A program made the translations under genes and the position numbers. Positions 10,776 to 21,982 of a stretch of 64,000 nucleotides of DNA are shown here, piece by piece (within the stretch, counting starts at the first letter, position 1; the number at the start of each line of letters is the position of its first letter). The notes beneath the pieces were generated by a model. It ran no database searches. It was not told where the DNA came from and saw nothing but the letters and a program-made list of their open reading frames with translations. Origin of the DNA: Schizochytrium sp. TIO01. Lineage: Eukaryota > Protista > Bigyra: Labyrinthulomycetes. Location: NCBI GenBank assembly GCA_004764695.1, contig SMSO01000006.1:821859-885858 (forward strand), written 5' to 3'.

Positions 10776-12449
10776 TTAGGTCTCAACAGCCACAGCTTCA
10801 ACAATATCGTCATTAGGAAATGCATCTTGGTGCATTGAAACCTTGGAGCAAATTTGGTATTTCGTCTCGAGTACCCCATGGCGCAGAGCAAAGCGATAAG
10901 GCCAAGCGCAGAAGAGCAAAGTGGAAAGAACATACCAACCAGGCCCCACTAACCGAGGCATGCGATCTTTGTCCACCAAGAATAAGGCTGATTTAAAATC
11001 TTCGCGCTTCAAGGATTCTGTAAATGAATAGTGCGTATCTCTATTCATATTCTGTGACCTAAAATTGTTTGCCTGTTGTTGCATGAAGTTCGCCGTTTCT
11101 GGGGTGTCAAACTCAACCGTCTGACGCAAACGAACGAGAATTCCAAACTTACTTTGATCGATATCAACAAGTTTAGGTGCCACACCACTATTATCTATCC
11201 AACTTCCGAACTGTTTCTGTTTGCTTTCGCGGTAAGTCACGACTTTTTCCGTGTAGGTCTCCGTTCGTGGCTGTCGAGTTGTGTTCCCATTACTATCTCT
11301 ATGAGTATGGTATACAGTTCTCGTACGTGTTTCGTAATGGTAACATTCGATATGCATCCATAGTTCTGGTGCAGTATTTCGGATATTTACGAAGTAAGCA
11401 TGTTCTGAGGAGTTTGGACCACCATGGAGTTTATTAAAAAGAAACTTGAGGGTAGATTCTGTACAAAATGGAATAATCAGCGCCTCGAGACCATAGAGAG
11501 AAGTAGATACAGCGAAAACAATAAGCCATATGTGTGCTTGATCATACTCATAGAAAACAGAACCATAGAGAATCATCAGCAAAAGTGATGTCAGTGAGAG
11601 AATGGTCAAGGTTAATGAAATGAAATTATAAGAGGCTTTGGCATACTTGAGGTCGGAGGCTTCGTTGGAAGTAACTGCCATTTTAATTTCTTCATCCTCG
11701 AAGTTGGCGGTGCCATGGTCTAAAGCATGATTATCTGCTTCCTTATCAGTATCAGTTAAAGGCATTGGTGAGCTTTGTGCGGCGCCATTTATGGGAGCAG
11801 AAGCTGGTTCATTAGTAAAATATCCTGGTGATTGAGGGGAAATTGCTGGAATTTCAGGTGCTGTCTTGGGGGAAGTAATAACACCAACAGGACTCATGGG
11901 CGTTTGAGGCTGGTTTTGATTGAGTTGATTCTGAAGTTGTTGTAACTGCATTTGAAGTTGTTGGAGTAGCTGCGGCTGTTGAACTTGAGTTTGTAACTGC
12001 TGCAGCTGAAACTGGATTTGCTGTAATTGCGCTTGATCAGGTTGTAAAACCTGTGCGTTGTGAGATTGTTGACCCATGTGCATTTGTTGTATTTGTTGCA
12101 TCTGCAAAAGTTGAAGCTGTTGAAGTTGCCGAAGCTGCTCAGGAGTAAAAGCGGCTGAATTGGGTCTCATTGGGATACCATCTGCGACGCCTGCCACAAC
12201 CGAAACGGGAATTTCTCCTGCCTCGCTTCGTATTTTTTGGTTCACAGGATCATTGTAGTGGCCTGGGGAGGGAGCGTCAATGTTTGCTGTATAGGCTGGA
12301 AGTGCCACAACTTCTACGACCGTTGGTGATTGCCCAACCGAGACCTCCTCGTCTACAGTGGCCTGTCTACTTCTTGCTCCTGTCGCGCCAGTGTCCTCTT
12401 CACTGCCGATGGAGACCTTGTGCTCTGCATCGTTGTTTTCATTTTCCAT
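10776..12449 (-). CDS. TMEM151-family membrane protein (paralog B) with Gln-rich N-terminal region
   Basis: Motifs YGLEA, IRNTAPELWMHIECYHYETRTR, YTEKVVTYRES, FGSWIDNSG, RDTHYSF and WYVLSTLLFCAWPYR. First ATG at 12449 (557 aa). Confidence 0.9.
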   Translation of the reverse strand: MENENNDAEHKVSIGSEEDTGATGARSRQATVDEEVSVGQSPTVVEVVALPAYTANIDAPSPGHYNDPVNQKIRSEAGEIPVSVVAGVADGIPMRPNSAAFTPEQLRQLQQLQLLQMQQIQQMHMGQQSHNAQVLQPDQAQLQQIQFQLQQLQTQVQQPQLLQQLQMQLQQLQNQLNQNQPQTPMSPVGVITSPKTAPEIPAISPQSPGYFTNEPASAPINGAAQSSPMPLTDTDKEADNHALDHGTANFEDEEIKMAVTSNEASDLKYAKASYNFISLTLTILSLTSLLLMILYGSVFYEYDQAHIWLIVFAVSTSLYGLEALIIPFCTESTLKFLFNKLHGGPNSSEHAYFVNIRNTAPELWMHIECYHYETRTRTVYHTHRDSNGNTTRQPRTETYTEKVVTYRESKQKQFGSWIDNSGVAPKLVDIDQSKFGILVRLRQTVEFDTPETANFMQQQANNFRSQNMNRDTHYSFTESLKREDFKSALFLVDKDRMPRLVGPGWYVLSTLLFCAWPYRFALRHGVLETKYQICSKVSMHQDAFPNDDIVEAVAVET

Positions 12450-13379
12450 GGTTTGATGCTCTTGATTCACCAGTGTATGGGATTTGAACCCCGTTCGGAC
12501 TTGACTAGTTTATAAACCACTGCAATACGGGTCAATTTGATAACCCTGGCTGGCACTAGCTGGTTTCTACGCGCAGTGCTGGCGCAGGGTAATCAATGTT
12601 TTTCTGAGATCGTCATCTCTATTGTACACTACTCATATCCCTTGACCAGCGTCGACTCATATTAATTTCGCAGAGCTTTGTGCTGAACAAGGCCCAAGTG
12701 CAAAGTGAACAATTTTGGTCAACGGATTTTTTTTTTTCCATTTTTGCTTTTTGTTTTCAATTTTATTAGTAGTACGATGTAATCGTTCAAAAGTAAAATT
12801 TAAATTAAAATGAAAAGAGGTGGCGGTCCTGCGATTGCTGGCTGAACCAAGTGGAAGAAAGAAGAACCTAACCGAGGTCCATCGAACAATGTGGGGAGTC
12901 GATCAGAGATACACACATCCCGTGTGGTTCGTTTGGGAACTGGAGCTGGAGTATATTTATTCGTATACATGTATACCTACATGCACGATGTGCGGAATAT
13001 GATATACTCTTCAGAATTCTAGTAGATTGAGTTCAAAATTCTTATGCTATCTAGTAGATTATAATTTTAGCAGCTTGCATAGATACTTTAAAGAAACAAA
13101 GTTGATGTATCCTTTGAAGAGAAACCCATTCTACATTTGCGTTCCTCTTATCGAATTTACAGGGATTTGACATGTTTGTATGACTTTCTGCAAGTTACGA
13201 CATATTAAAAATTTATGCTGTCGTGCATTCTTTAAAAATTAGTTGCAAGTAGGTAGAATATTTGCTTGAAAGCAAGAAGGTTAAATTAGAACGCGAAAAT
13301 TTTGACAGGGACAGACATAAGCTACGGAATTATGTATCGATGACGATGGTTTATTTTTGGGCCTGGGGGTTATACATCA

Positions 13380-14549
13380 TTACTGAGATCCGGAAGCAGC
13401 AGCCTTCTCTACCTCCTCGTTGGTCTTAACTGTACCAGTGCTGAAGACCTCGTCATATATGTTTGTGACATTACGGGCACGAAGCACGCGCTCAATGTCA
13501 GCCATGAACGAGTTCGGACCACAGACATAGTAATCTACATCCTGGCCACCAGCAGCAACTAGTTTGTCAGCGATGGCGTCAATGTCAATGCTGGAACCGC
13601 TCGAGTAGACTGCCTCATAGAAGGGCAAGTCAGCAGCAGCAAACTCTTCGTGAAAGGCATCGCGGTCTACACTGCGGTCAATGTGAAAGGCTCCTGCAAT
13701 CTTCTCATGGGGCAGGGAGCGCAAGAAAGCAAGCATTGGGGTAGCACCAATGCCAGCGGAGACAAGCATTGCCTTCTTCTCGCTCTGGGGTACAAAGACT
13801 CCCATAGGAGCGCCAAGAAGAATCTTGTCTCCAACCTTACTCTGGGTGTGCATGTGAGTCGAGATCTCTCCTCCAGGTACAAGGCGCTGGGTAATCTCGA
13901 TGTTTTGGGAATTAGGTTTACTCGTAATAGTGTAGTGGCGGGGTGCTCCAAGGCCGGGGAGACGAACAGTGGCATACTGTCCAGGAGTGAACTCGATAGG
14001 TGCGTTTGTGCCATCTGCAGGAGCAAACTCGAAACGGACTGTATCTTGAGCAACCTTGTCTTTAGCGACAATGGTGAATTCACGCTCGTAACGCCATCCA
14101 CCAGACCGAGTCTCTGCAGACTTGTAAAGCTCTTCCTCCTTGTTGATGCAAATGGTGGCGAGCTCAAGAACCGCCTCGCTCCATGCGTTGCCGATTTCAG
14201 GGGTCACTGCATCGCCAAGGACTTGACCAATGGCCATCATTAAATTCTTGTGCACAATGCCGTAGTGTTCGGGCTTGACACTGAGAGCTACGTGACGAGC
14301 AGCAATTTTTTGCACTGCAGGGGCAATGGCGTCGAGGTTCTCAATGTGCAAAGCAAATGCCACAACAGAGTCGGCAAGTGCTCGAGGCTGGCGTCCCTCC
14401 TTTTGATGAGCCTTGTTGAAAAACGTGAGTACTTCAGGGTTGTTCTTAAACATGAGCGGGTAAAACGTGGACGTAATCTCAAGAGCATGCTCGGCCACTA
14501 CAGGTGCAGTGGCCTTGACAATCTCAATCGTCTTCGGTGAAAGAACCAT
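13380..14549 (-). CDS. hmp: Flavohemoglobin (nitric oxide dioxygenase)
   Basis: Globin domain (MVLSPKTIEIVKATAP, FYPLMF TyrB10, RQPRALA GlnE7, ARHVALSVKPEHYGIV HisF8), FAD-binding FTPGQY...PRHYTITS and NAD-binding SAGIGATPM...YVCGPNSFM. Confidence 0.96.
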   Translation of the reverse strand: MVLSPKTIEIVKATAPVVAEHALEITSTFYPLMFKNNPEVLTFFNKAHQKEGRQPRALADSVVAFALHIENLDAIAPAVQKIAARHVALSVKPEHYGIVHKNLMMAIGQVLGDAVTPEIGNAWSEAVLELATICINKEEELYKSAETRSGGWRYEREFTIVAKDKVAQDTVRFEFAPADGTNAPIEFTPGQYATVRLPGLGAPRHYTITSKPNSQNIEITQRLVPGGEISTHMHTQSKVGDKILLGAPMGVFVPQSEKKAMLVSAGIGATPMLAFLRSLPHEKIAGAFHIDRSVDRDAFHEEFAAADLPFYEAVYSSGSSIDIDAIADKLVAAGGQDVDYYVCGPNSFMADIERVLRARNVTNIYDEVFSTGTVKTNEEVEKAAASGSQ

Positions 14550-15881
14550 CTTCTTTTTCTAGCACCAGTTACCTCAACTTGATAATCTCCGGCAAATTTA
14601 AAGGCTTCTGTTTGTTTCTGATCCGCGTTTGGGATTTGCTGCTGCCCAATCCGTGGCAAAGGCATTTCATTTTCACCCAGCTTCTTACATTTTATACCGC
14701 TGATAGGTACTTCTGTTCCTAGTAATTAACTATTGTCCTTCCACCTCTACGAACGAGCTTGCCATATTTTACCTACTGGTATTAGTACCCATGCATACAG
14801 TAGCGTCTCTCTCCTTCTCCTTCTACCTGATTCTAACTTTGCGGTTCGTTGATCCTAGAAAGTTATCCGAAAAAAAAAAAATTGAAGTATGATTATGATT
14901 CGTCATCGTTTTTTTTTTGTTTCTCAGACTGTCTCGCCTCTTATTGCCTACTACGGATCTATATAGTAACTACTACCTGTCCTACTTCGAAAAGGAAAAG
15001 AGAAAGATTTGAAACAAAAAAAAACAAAAAACCTAAAGAACTTCTTTAAAATAAAAAAGGACCTGAAAACGCACAAATTGAGCACCCAGGACGAAGTTTA
15101 ACATTAGAAGCGTTTTTATGGGCGGTGGGTCGACACCTTTGACTCTCGACCATGGATCCTGACTCCTGATGAGTCTTGACTTAGGATTCGATCGTAGGTT
15201 TATCCATCTTCTAACCACATGACCTATATTATAGCTGTAACTTTTAGTTTTTTTGCGCAGATAGCTACATTTGATTGAAAAGTTGGAATCCGCGGGAGCA
15301 CTACTTAAGTACCTACTACCTACCCTAGCATCAGAGAAAGGAGTACACAGCAAGGAGGAGTTCAGGGGCATCCTGCTTGGCTTTGTAAGCTCCTTTGTTG
15401 GTTCGTCCATCTGGCATCTGACTAGTGCACTAACTTTCAGGATAGACATCTCCAACCCTGGCTCAGGTGGAGCGAGGCTCGGGACGCCCCCGCGTTTTGC
15501 ATTGGCTGGCTGGGACTGTTCTGCCCCGGCAAAGCGGAGTCGCGATCGAGTCCGCCGTTGCTCATGGCTTTGCACGTTTTTCCACATCTGCTCGAGCAGG
15601 TAAAAGCAGCAGCACGAGAATGAGTGAATGAATATTCATTTCAGACTCGCAAGGGAGACGAAGATCGGCCGTCGAAGTTCATGCTCCAGTTTCACATGCG
15701 AGGTTGAACCCTGAGAGCTCAAGGGGCCAAAGCCGCTCGAGCCGTGAATCCCGCCGTGCGTATCGTCACAGCCGAGACATGGTCTGGAGCGCTAGTGCCT
15801 ACCACCATAGGCAGTGCGTTCCCGAGATGACTAACATTCGCCGTGAACTCGCTAAGGTCCATGCGGACGCTCGACCCTGAG

Positions 15882-15925
15882 CAATTGCAAATGCAATCAA
15901 TTGCAAATGCAATCAATTGCAAATG
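15882..15925. repeat. 16-bp tandem repeat (CAATTGCAAATGCAAT x ~2.75), each unit internally palindromic
   Basis: Visible in sequence. ATTGCA-AA-TGCAAT is an inverted repeat. Confidence 0.85.
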
Positions 15926-18900
15926 TTCAACGCCAACCCCAACGATCTTTCAGAAATTAGTACCCATCGAATAAATAAATCGGCGCCGTTACAGCTACGC
16001 TGTGTTCGTCTTTCGGCAAGCCGAACTGAGACTCCACGGCCACAGCTCCCGCGTTTTAGTAGGCAGGCATTCGTTCACTCATTCGCGCATATAGATAGGT
16101 AGTACTTACGCGGGTAGTAAGTAATATGAGCTCTACCTCAGTCCTGTGGTGGCCAATCTTCATCGACCGCACCATTAATTTCTTCATGGATTTTTGAGCA
16201 TTATGCCCCATATTTGAGGAGGGCCCCGTCCCTCCCCACAGCCCGGGACGAGTCTAAACAGCTCCAAAAAAATCCATATAGGGGGGGCCAATGATTCGAC
16301 GTTGGACCAGCGAGCGAAGCGTCCTTGTGGATGTCGCACTTCTTTCTAAGCTTTGATCATTAGTACAATGCCACAGACCACTCTGAGGTTCTATTGTTCT
16401 AGGTAGAAGAAGGGGTACATAGGTTAGACCTACCTGAGGTAGCAGGTAGAACTAGTTACTGGCTGAAAATAATCATAGTTTCATTCTTAAAGTTTCATAA
16501 AACTTGAGAGTTTTGTTGAGATTGGCAAATCATGATAGATATAGAATGCGCAACCAAATTTCAAGATACCAGCTTGTGGCGGCCCGGTGTATGGAACATG
16601 GCCGTGATCAAGTTCGCCGTGTAGGTTTGATTCTGCACAGCTTGGTTGTACCTTGTTCATTTACCTCATGCATAGTTTTCACAGATTCTTTTATTTTGTT
16701 CTATTTTGTTTAAAAAGTATAGATTATAAAATGATTTTTCAAAGAGTAATTGTGCTCTGCCTACGAGGTATGAGTCATGAGAAATTAGAATTTTGTTGGA
16801 AATGCTTCCAACGTCTCGGGAAAACCTTGGACTTGGTGTGGTGCTTCAACTTAGAACCCTCGAAAAACATACAAACCCAGGAAAAGAGAGGTCTTGAACA
16901 TGCTCAGCTTTTGGACTCCGAGGGGTTTAGTTTAGGTGGGCCAAAGCGTCAGCGGAGCGCAGGACAGCTGCAAGAACCGAAATCATGCTGTACCTACTAT
17001 TTTATTTTTTTAAAGTTATAAATGAATTAAAAGAAACTAAAAAGAATTACTTACGATTCGTCGATCTTTCAGCTTTTGTGCAAATGCTGAAAAACAGTCG
17101 TACCAACCTATAATTTGCCGGTGATGCTTTGCTCGAACCTGGGCTGAAGCTGCATTGCCTCCTATATCACACTCTTCTCGGACTTCGTCAGCGTCCGAGT
17201 TCTTCGAACTTTCAATCCATGTGGGTAATTGGTATTTGTGTGGAACTGAAAACGAAGTGAGGCGACAACTCTTTGGGTAGTGCTAAGTCGAGGAACTATC
17301 CGCCATACCCTTGAACTCATGGGAATATATTAGAGGTACCAAGCTTCAACTTCAAGTTGAGGTCCAATTCACGTCTTGGAAACCGTCCACAGCGGACTGA
17401 TTGTACTCTCTTGTAAGAGCAATCAGGTACTAGGGTGTGAAGAAGATCCAAGGCCTCGTGGCAGTGGTGGCGCTGATACAGAACGTCCCGTGGGCCATGC
17501 GTTGGAATATTGCAGCACGTTCCCAAGGGCGTGGACCTCGAGTCACCAAGCTCATGGATTGCTAATTTCTGACTTTTTATCAAGCTCTCGTCCAGGTTTA
17601 GGTTCTGTACGAAGTAACTTGGTAGCCCTCTCTTGTGTTCACTTGGTTCTTGATAGAAAATAGCGCCATGAGTGTAATACACAGGAACTGTGTTTTGCTA
17701 AGTCACTCGAAGCAAAGGCCAAAGACACTTTGTTGTGTTGGCAATTACTACAATCGTGATATCCTTACCTGGTTTTACCCTCTTTGAGGCTGGAGACACA
17801 AGGCTGAGTCTGGGCGTTGATGCAAGAAAAGTTCTCCGCCACTTTGAGAAACAAGAAGAGAACAAGTAAAGAACGGAATAGTAGTACTAGTTAGTCTAAA
17901 GTATAGCTTTAGTATTTGGATTATTCATGGGCATCTCTACCTGTGCACAGAGCTGACGAAAACGAGGGAAGCGAGATTTTGATGGCTCAATAGCAAATCA
18001 TTTTGGCTACCCGAAATCTCAGATCCCCTCTTTCATGTGAAAAGTTAGGTCTATCTTATGAGTATTTTCGCACGGCCAGAGAACGTAATGGAACTTGAGG
18101 GGTCATTTATTCTTAATTCTTTGTTCATCTTTTGTTCATTTAATAAATTAAAAAACTGAAAATGGACCTGTTTCCGTACTGCAGAGATAGTCCGTGATTC
18201 TATGCTTATTTTGGCAAACTCAATGTTGTGCAAAGATAAACATTGTGTACCCCCGACATTCTTCACATGAACAACACCACGTTAAAGTGACGTGAAACTA
18301 AAGCTATCCATCCCTTACTCTTCGTCCCTTCGTAACAAAGATCTTGCACGTTACTCTTCTTCATATGCCAAGTAGGACCCAGTTTCTCTTTATTATTCCC
18401 ACCAAAATCTTATTCATTAAAAGATCCACTGCTTCACCATCGCATTCCGGATTGCTTTTTCTGGAGGTAATTTTGGGCTAACGTGAGTAGTCGTCGAAGC
18501 TATATCTATACGCCGTGATGACTTGAACTGGTCTATAGCAAATGTTGCTTGAGATGCAAGGCACTGCTTTCCTTCCTTAGAACGTGCTGGATAATGGATA
18601 GCGTTTTTTTAGGCCAACAATTCCAACGAGTAGGTACTGTAATACTGCATATTAGTGAAAGCAGTTGGTCTCTATTGTAGTTTATTCCCTCCCCAGCATC
18701 AACTGGTTTCACAAACCTGTCAGCAATGAAATTGCTAAAGTCATGGCAGTACCCGAGATCAGAATTACGAACTATAGCCACTCTGTTTCTTCCAAAGAAT
18801 GAATCAGGAATATCTCAACGATATCAAGTGTGTAAGCTGACTAGGTACCTTCACTGCCTTGACAGTATACCTGAACGACTCAGACTTTGTGAAGGAGGAG

Positions 18901-19487
18901 TGCCGTGCTCAATATGGGCGCGAGTGCATTTGTCCAGGTCCAAGTTTATACGTCATAATTTAACTTTTTTTTTATTTATTAAGGCCGCGTGAATTTTCAT
19001 TTTTGTAGGGCTGGAGGGGGAGAGAACGCCTAGGATGTGTTAGTGGTGTGTAGATGATAAGTCTTTAAAACCATATAATACTATTCCCTTGCCCAAATCT
19101 GTCGCCATTCGCCAGGCCTCGGACGCTCTGGCGACTAGTGTCGAAGCAAATCGCCAGGTTTAGAAGGCAGGCGCGAGATTTCGAGATTGCTCATGGTAAA
19201 CTTACTATCTACTGGGAGTTCATATTTCTTTAGTGACCATTGTTCTGGCTTCTTCGAAGACGAAAACACAAGATTTGTCCCAAGTTTCTTTGTTTGGTTT
19301 ACTTTTAAAAAAACACAACATTTTCGATAGGGTTTGCAACAAAAATAAATAACACAGGCAGGAAAGGACGCAATAGTGTAGAAGAATCAAAGACATTAAT
19401 GTGAGTCCTTCGCTGAGAAGATAAATAGAATAGTTATTAAGCTAGTCTCATTGGTTGTTTCAAACAGGCTACCCCATTTTTAATATC

Positions 19488-21362
19488 TTACGAAGAGGCA
19501 ACAGCGGGTTTAGACTTGACTGCAATGCGGCCATCGAGCTTAGGCTCAACATAGAGAGCACCAGTTTTCTTTTTCTTGGCCATTGTTTCCAGCTTGTGCA
19601 CAGCTTTCATAAAAGTATGGCCGTAGCGACGAGAGAGGCCGTTAAAGCCGTTCAGTACAGAAAGGGCTGTAAAATGGTTCCGGACCAGAGTAGGCAACAC
19701 AGGACAACACTCGTCATCAACGAGCACTTTGCAACCTACGAAGGCGTCGTATCCATCCTTGCCATTTGAAAGATAGAGCTTCGTGCAGACGGAGTACAAC
19801 CGCTCCAAGTCAAGCAGTTCCTCGCCAACGAATACATCCGAAACACGGTTCAAAGGCTCTGCATTGTAGTCTACAGTGAAACGTACGCCAGATACACATG
19901 GAAATCGGCCTTCTGTAGCTGGGACCTTGCTTACGCCGTTCTCTAATGCAGAAAGGAGTTTGTGGCCAGGTACCTCGAGCACGACCAGGCCATCTACCAT
20001 TGGTAAGGTGCCTCGGAGGTCTCCAAGAGTTAGTGGACCCGCCTCAATGACCGCATCAAGACGAAGAGTGCCAGCATTGAGAAGTGCAACCTCAGATCGG
20101 GTTCCAGACCTCATGATATCAGCTACAAAGTTCGACAGGTTAGTCTCTTGAGTTCTGATATGGGCGAAGCGCCCGTCAAGAGGAACAGCAGTTTCACCAA
20201 TAACCTTGTTCATGTCCTGCGCAACTTTGTCATTAAACATTGAAACAAGCTCCTCAGTACGTTCATGCTGGCGCATGTTCTCCGTGATTTCATGATGGGT
20301 GCGCGATACCACCTCCAAGCGAAAACGGTCATCCATACTGGGTTTGCAACTCTCAGAGAATGGACCAGTGACACGAATATTAATTTCTGAAAGATCGCGA
20401 AAGTCAGTACCCGACTTGATCACCCACACCTTGTGCGGCTCGACACAGCGTACCTCATAATCATGGTCATGACCGCCGAGCACGAGGTCGATGACATCGC
20501 CAGCCTCATGGGCTAGACGTTCATCATTGGGCAAACGCATATGCGTTAAAGCGATCACCACATGTACGCCGTGCTGCTGCCTCAGACGAGGGCTGAGGCG
20601 ACGTGCACATGTCACAAAGTCCTCGTAGTCAATGTCCTCCTCCTCAATCGTGGACAGAGTTGTCATCCAGGCATACTCGACCAGACCAAGGATGCCAATA
20701 CGTAGTCCATTGGGGCAATCGATGATGGAGAACTCCTCAGCTCCGGCCAAGAGCTTCCCATCTGGACGGTAGCGCACATTGCTCGCAATCCATGGGAACT
20801 CGCAGCGTGCCATGAGGCGTGTGAGCTGGTCAATGCCAAAGTCAAAGTCATGGTTTCCAAAGCACGCAGCACTGACACCCACATTGTTAAGAACAGGGAC
20901 CATGTGAGCTCCGCGAGTTGTCGTACTAAGCATAGATGGATTCAGGCAGTCACCACTGAAAAGCACAATCGGGTCTTTACCATCGTTGCGGAAGTCTTCG
21001 ACCTTGGCGACAAATCTTGCAGCACCGCCCACAGGTTCTTGATCCCTTGCAGCAATGTTGTAGACATCGTTGAAATGAAGAATCAGCACTTCCTTGGTGG
21101 ACTGGGACTCAACATCCTCAGTACCCTCGCCTTGGGCTGCTAGATTTCGAAGGCTTGCTCCTTGCTGTTGTTGCAGTTTCCGGGCCGTCAGCTTTTGCAG
21201 CTTGCTGAGGGCTTCTCTGAGGACTAAGTCTACGCTTTTTTCATCTTTGGCCGATGCCACAGCACCTACGGTCCAGAGCTGCAAAGAAGCAAGGTCTTCA
21301 GGACCTTCTTTCGCTGCCTCCACAGCCGCTGCGCTCGAGACCGTCGCACTCATTGTCTCCAT
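19488..21362 (-). CDS. 5'-nucleotidase-type metallophosphoesterase (calcineurin-like N-domain + 5_nucleotid_C), no signal peptide
   Basis: Motifs ILHFNDVY, FSGDCLNPS, FGNHDFDFG, IALTHMR, LGGHDH, KSGTDF, IRTQETNLSNFVAD, NAGTLR, ALENGVS, EGRFPCVSGVRF and YLSNGKDGY. Confidence 0.93.
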   Translation of the reverse strand: METMSATVSSAAAVEAAKEGPEDLASLQLWTVGAVASAKDEKSVDLVLREALSKLQKLTARKLQQQQGASLRNLAAQGEGTEDVESQSTKEVLILHFNDVYNIAARDQEPVGGAARFVAKVEDFRNDGKDPIVLFSGDCLNPSMLSTTTRGAHMVPVLNNVGVSAACFGNHDFDFGIDQLTRLMARCEFPWIASNVRYRPDGKLLAGAEEFSIIDCPNGLRIGILGLVEYAWMTTLSTIEEEDIDYEDFVTCARRLSPRLRQQHGVHVVIALTHMRLPNDERLAHEAGDVIDLVLGGHDHDYEVRCVEPHKVWVIKSGTDFRDLSEINIRVTGPFSESCKPSMDDRFRLEVVSRTHHEITENMRQHERTEELVSMFNDKVAQDMNKVIGETAVPLDGRFAHIRTQETNLSNFVADIMRSGTRSEVALLNAGTLRLDAVIEAGPLTLGDLRGTLPMVDGLVVLEVPGHKLLSALENGVSKVPATEGRFPCVSGVRFTVDYNAEPLNRVSDVFVGEELLDLERLYSVCTKLYLSNGKDGYDAFVGCKVLVDDECCPVLPTLVRNHFTALSVLNGFNGLSRRYGHTFMKAVHKLETMAKKKKTGALYVEPKLDGRIAVKSKPAVASS

Positions 21363-21982
21363 TCGCAGTTTTACGACAAAATTTACGATTACGATTTAGT
21401 TCTAGGTTGCCTTCTTTTTTTCTTTTTTTTTCGTCACACCCTAAAAACAATGGTGTATCTATTCCTCGCTATACACGAATATGTAACATTATTTTATTTA
21501 CCTATAAACATGTGTTTACCGATATCAGTGTCCCGCACCAAATTCGATCACAGGCCAGTTTCGTAGCTTCTACAAACTGCTCTCTTTCTAACGCTCAATT
21601 CCTGACGGCTTGCCTCGTCGCACAGGCATGTCTTCATCCAAAACGGCAAGTGGGCTTATTACACATGCCACAGATGTGCACCACCGTCCCAGGAAAAGTA
21701 ACATGAGGGATATAAAAAGAAAGAAGGCCACAATGGAAAGATCTCGGCTCGTGTTCCATATGTTCCATATGTTCATTTATTCTCAATGTTCCAACTTACG
21801 TTGCGGACATTCCACAAGATGCAAAAGTTCTGTAAGTTCTGTATGTTCTAAGAAAGAACTGCGTCACTCATGACGAGCGAATGTATTGCAATTCGATGGA
21901 GGTTCAAAGCAGTGCATGTTCGCAGTGCTCCAGCGATAGCGGAAGACAGCGATATCTCTGAAGTAGGTCTGGTTCAAAGAAG

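Noticed and set aside
13650-14540. Long antisense and alternate-frame ORFs over hmp (also over RPN5, the ATP-grasp gene, proA and BRF1)
   Set aside because: Expected shadows of strongly codon-biased genes; no independent motifs.
17761-17772. ATCCTTACCTGG resembling the U1 snRNA 5' end
   Set aside because: No U1 stem-loops or Sm site follow. It is better read as the complement of a donor-like site.
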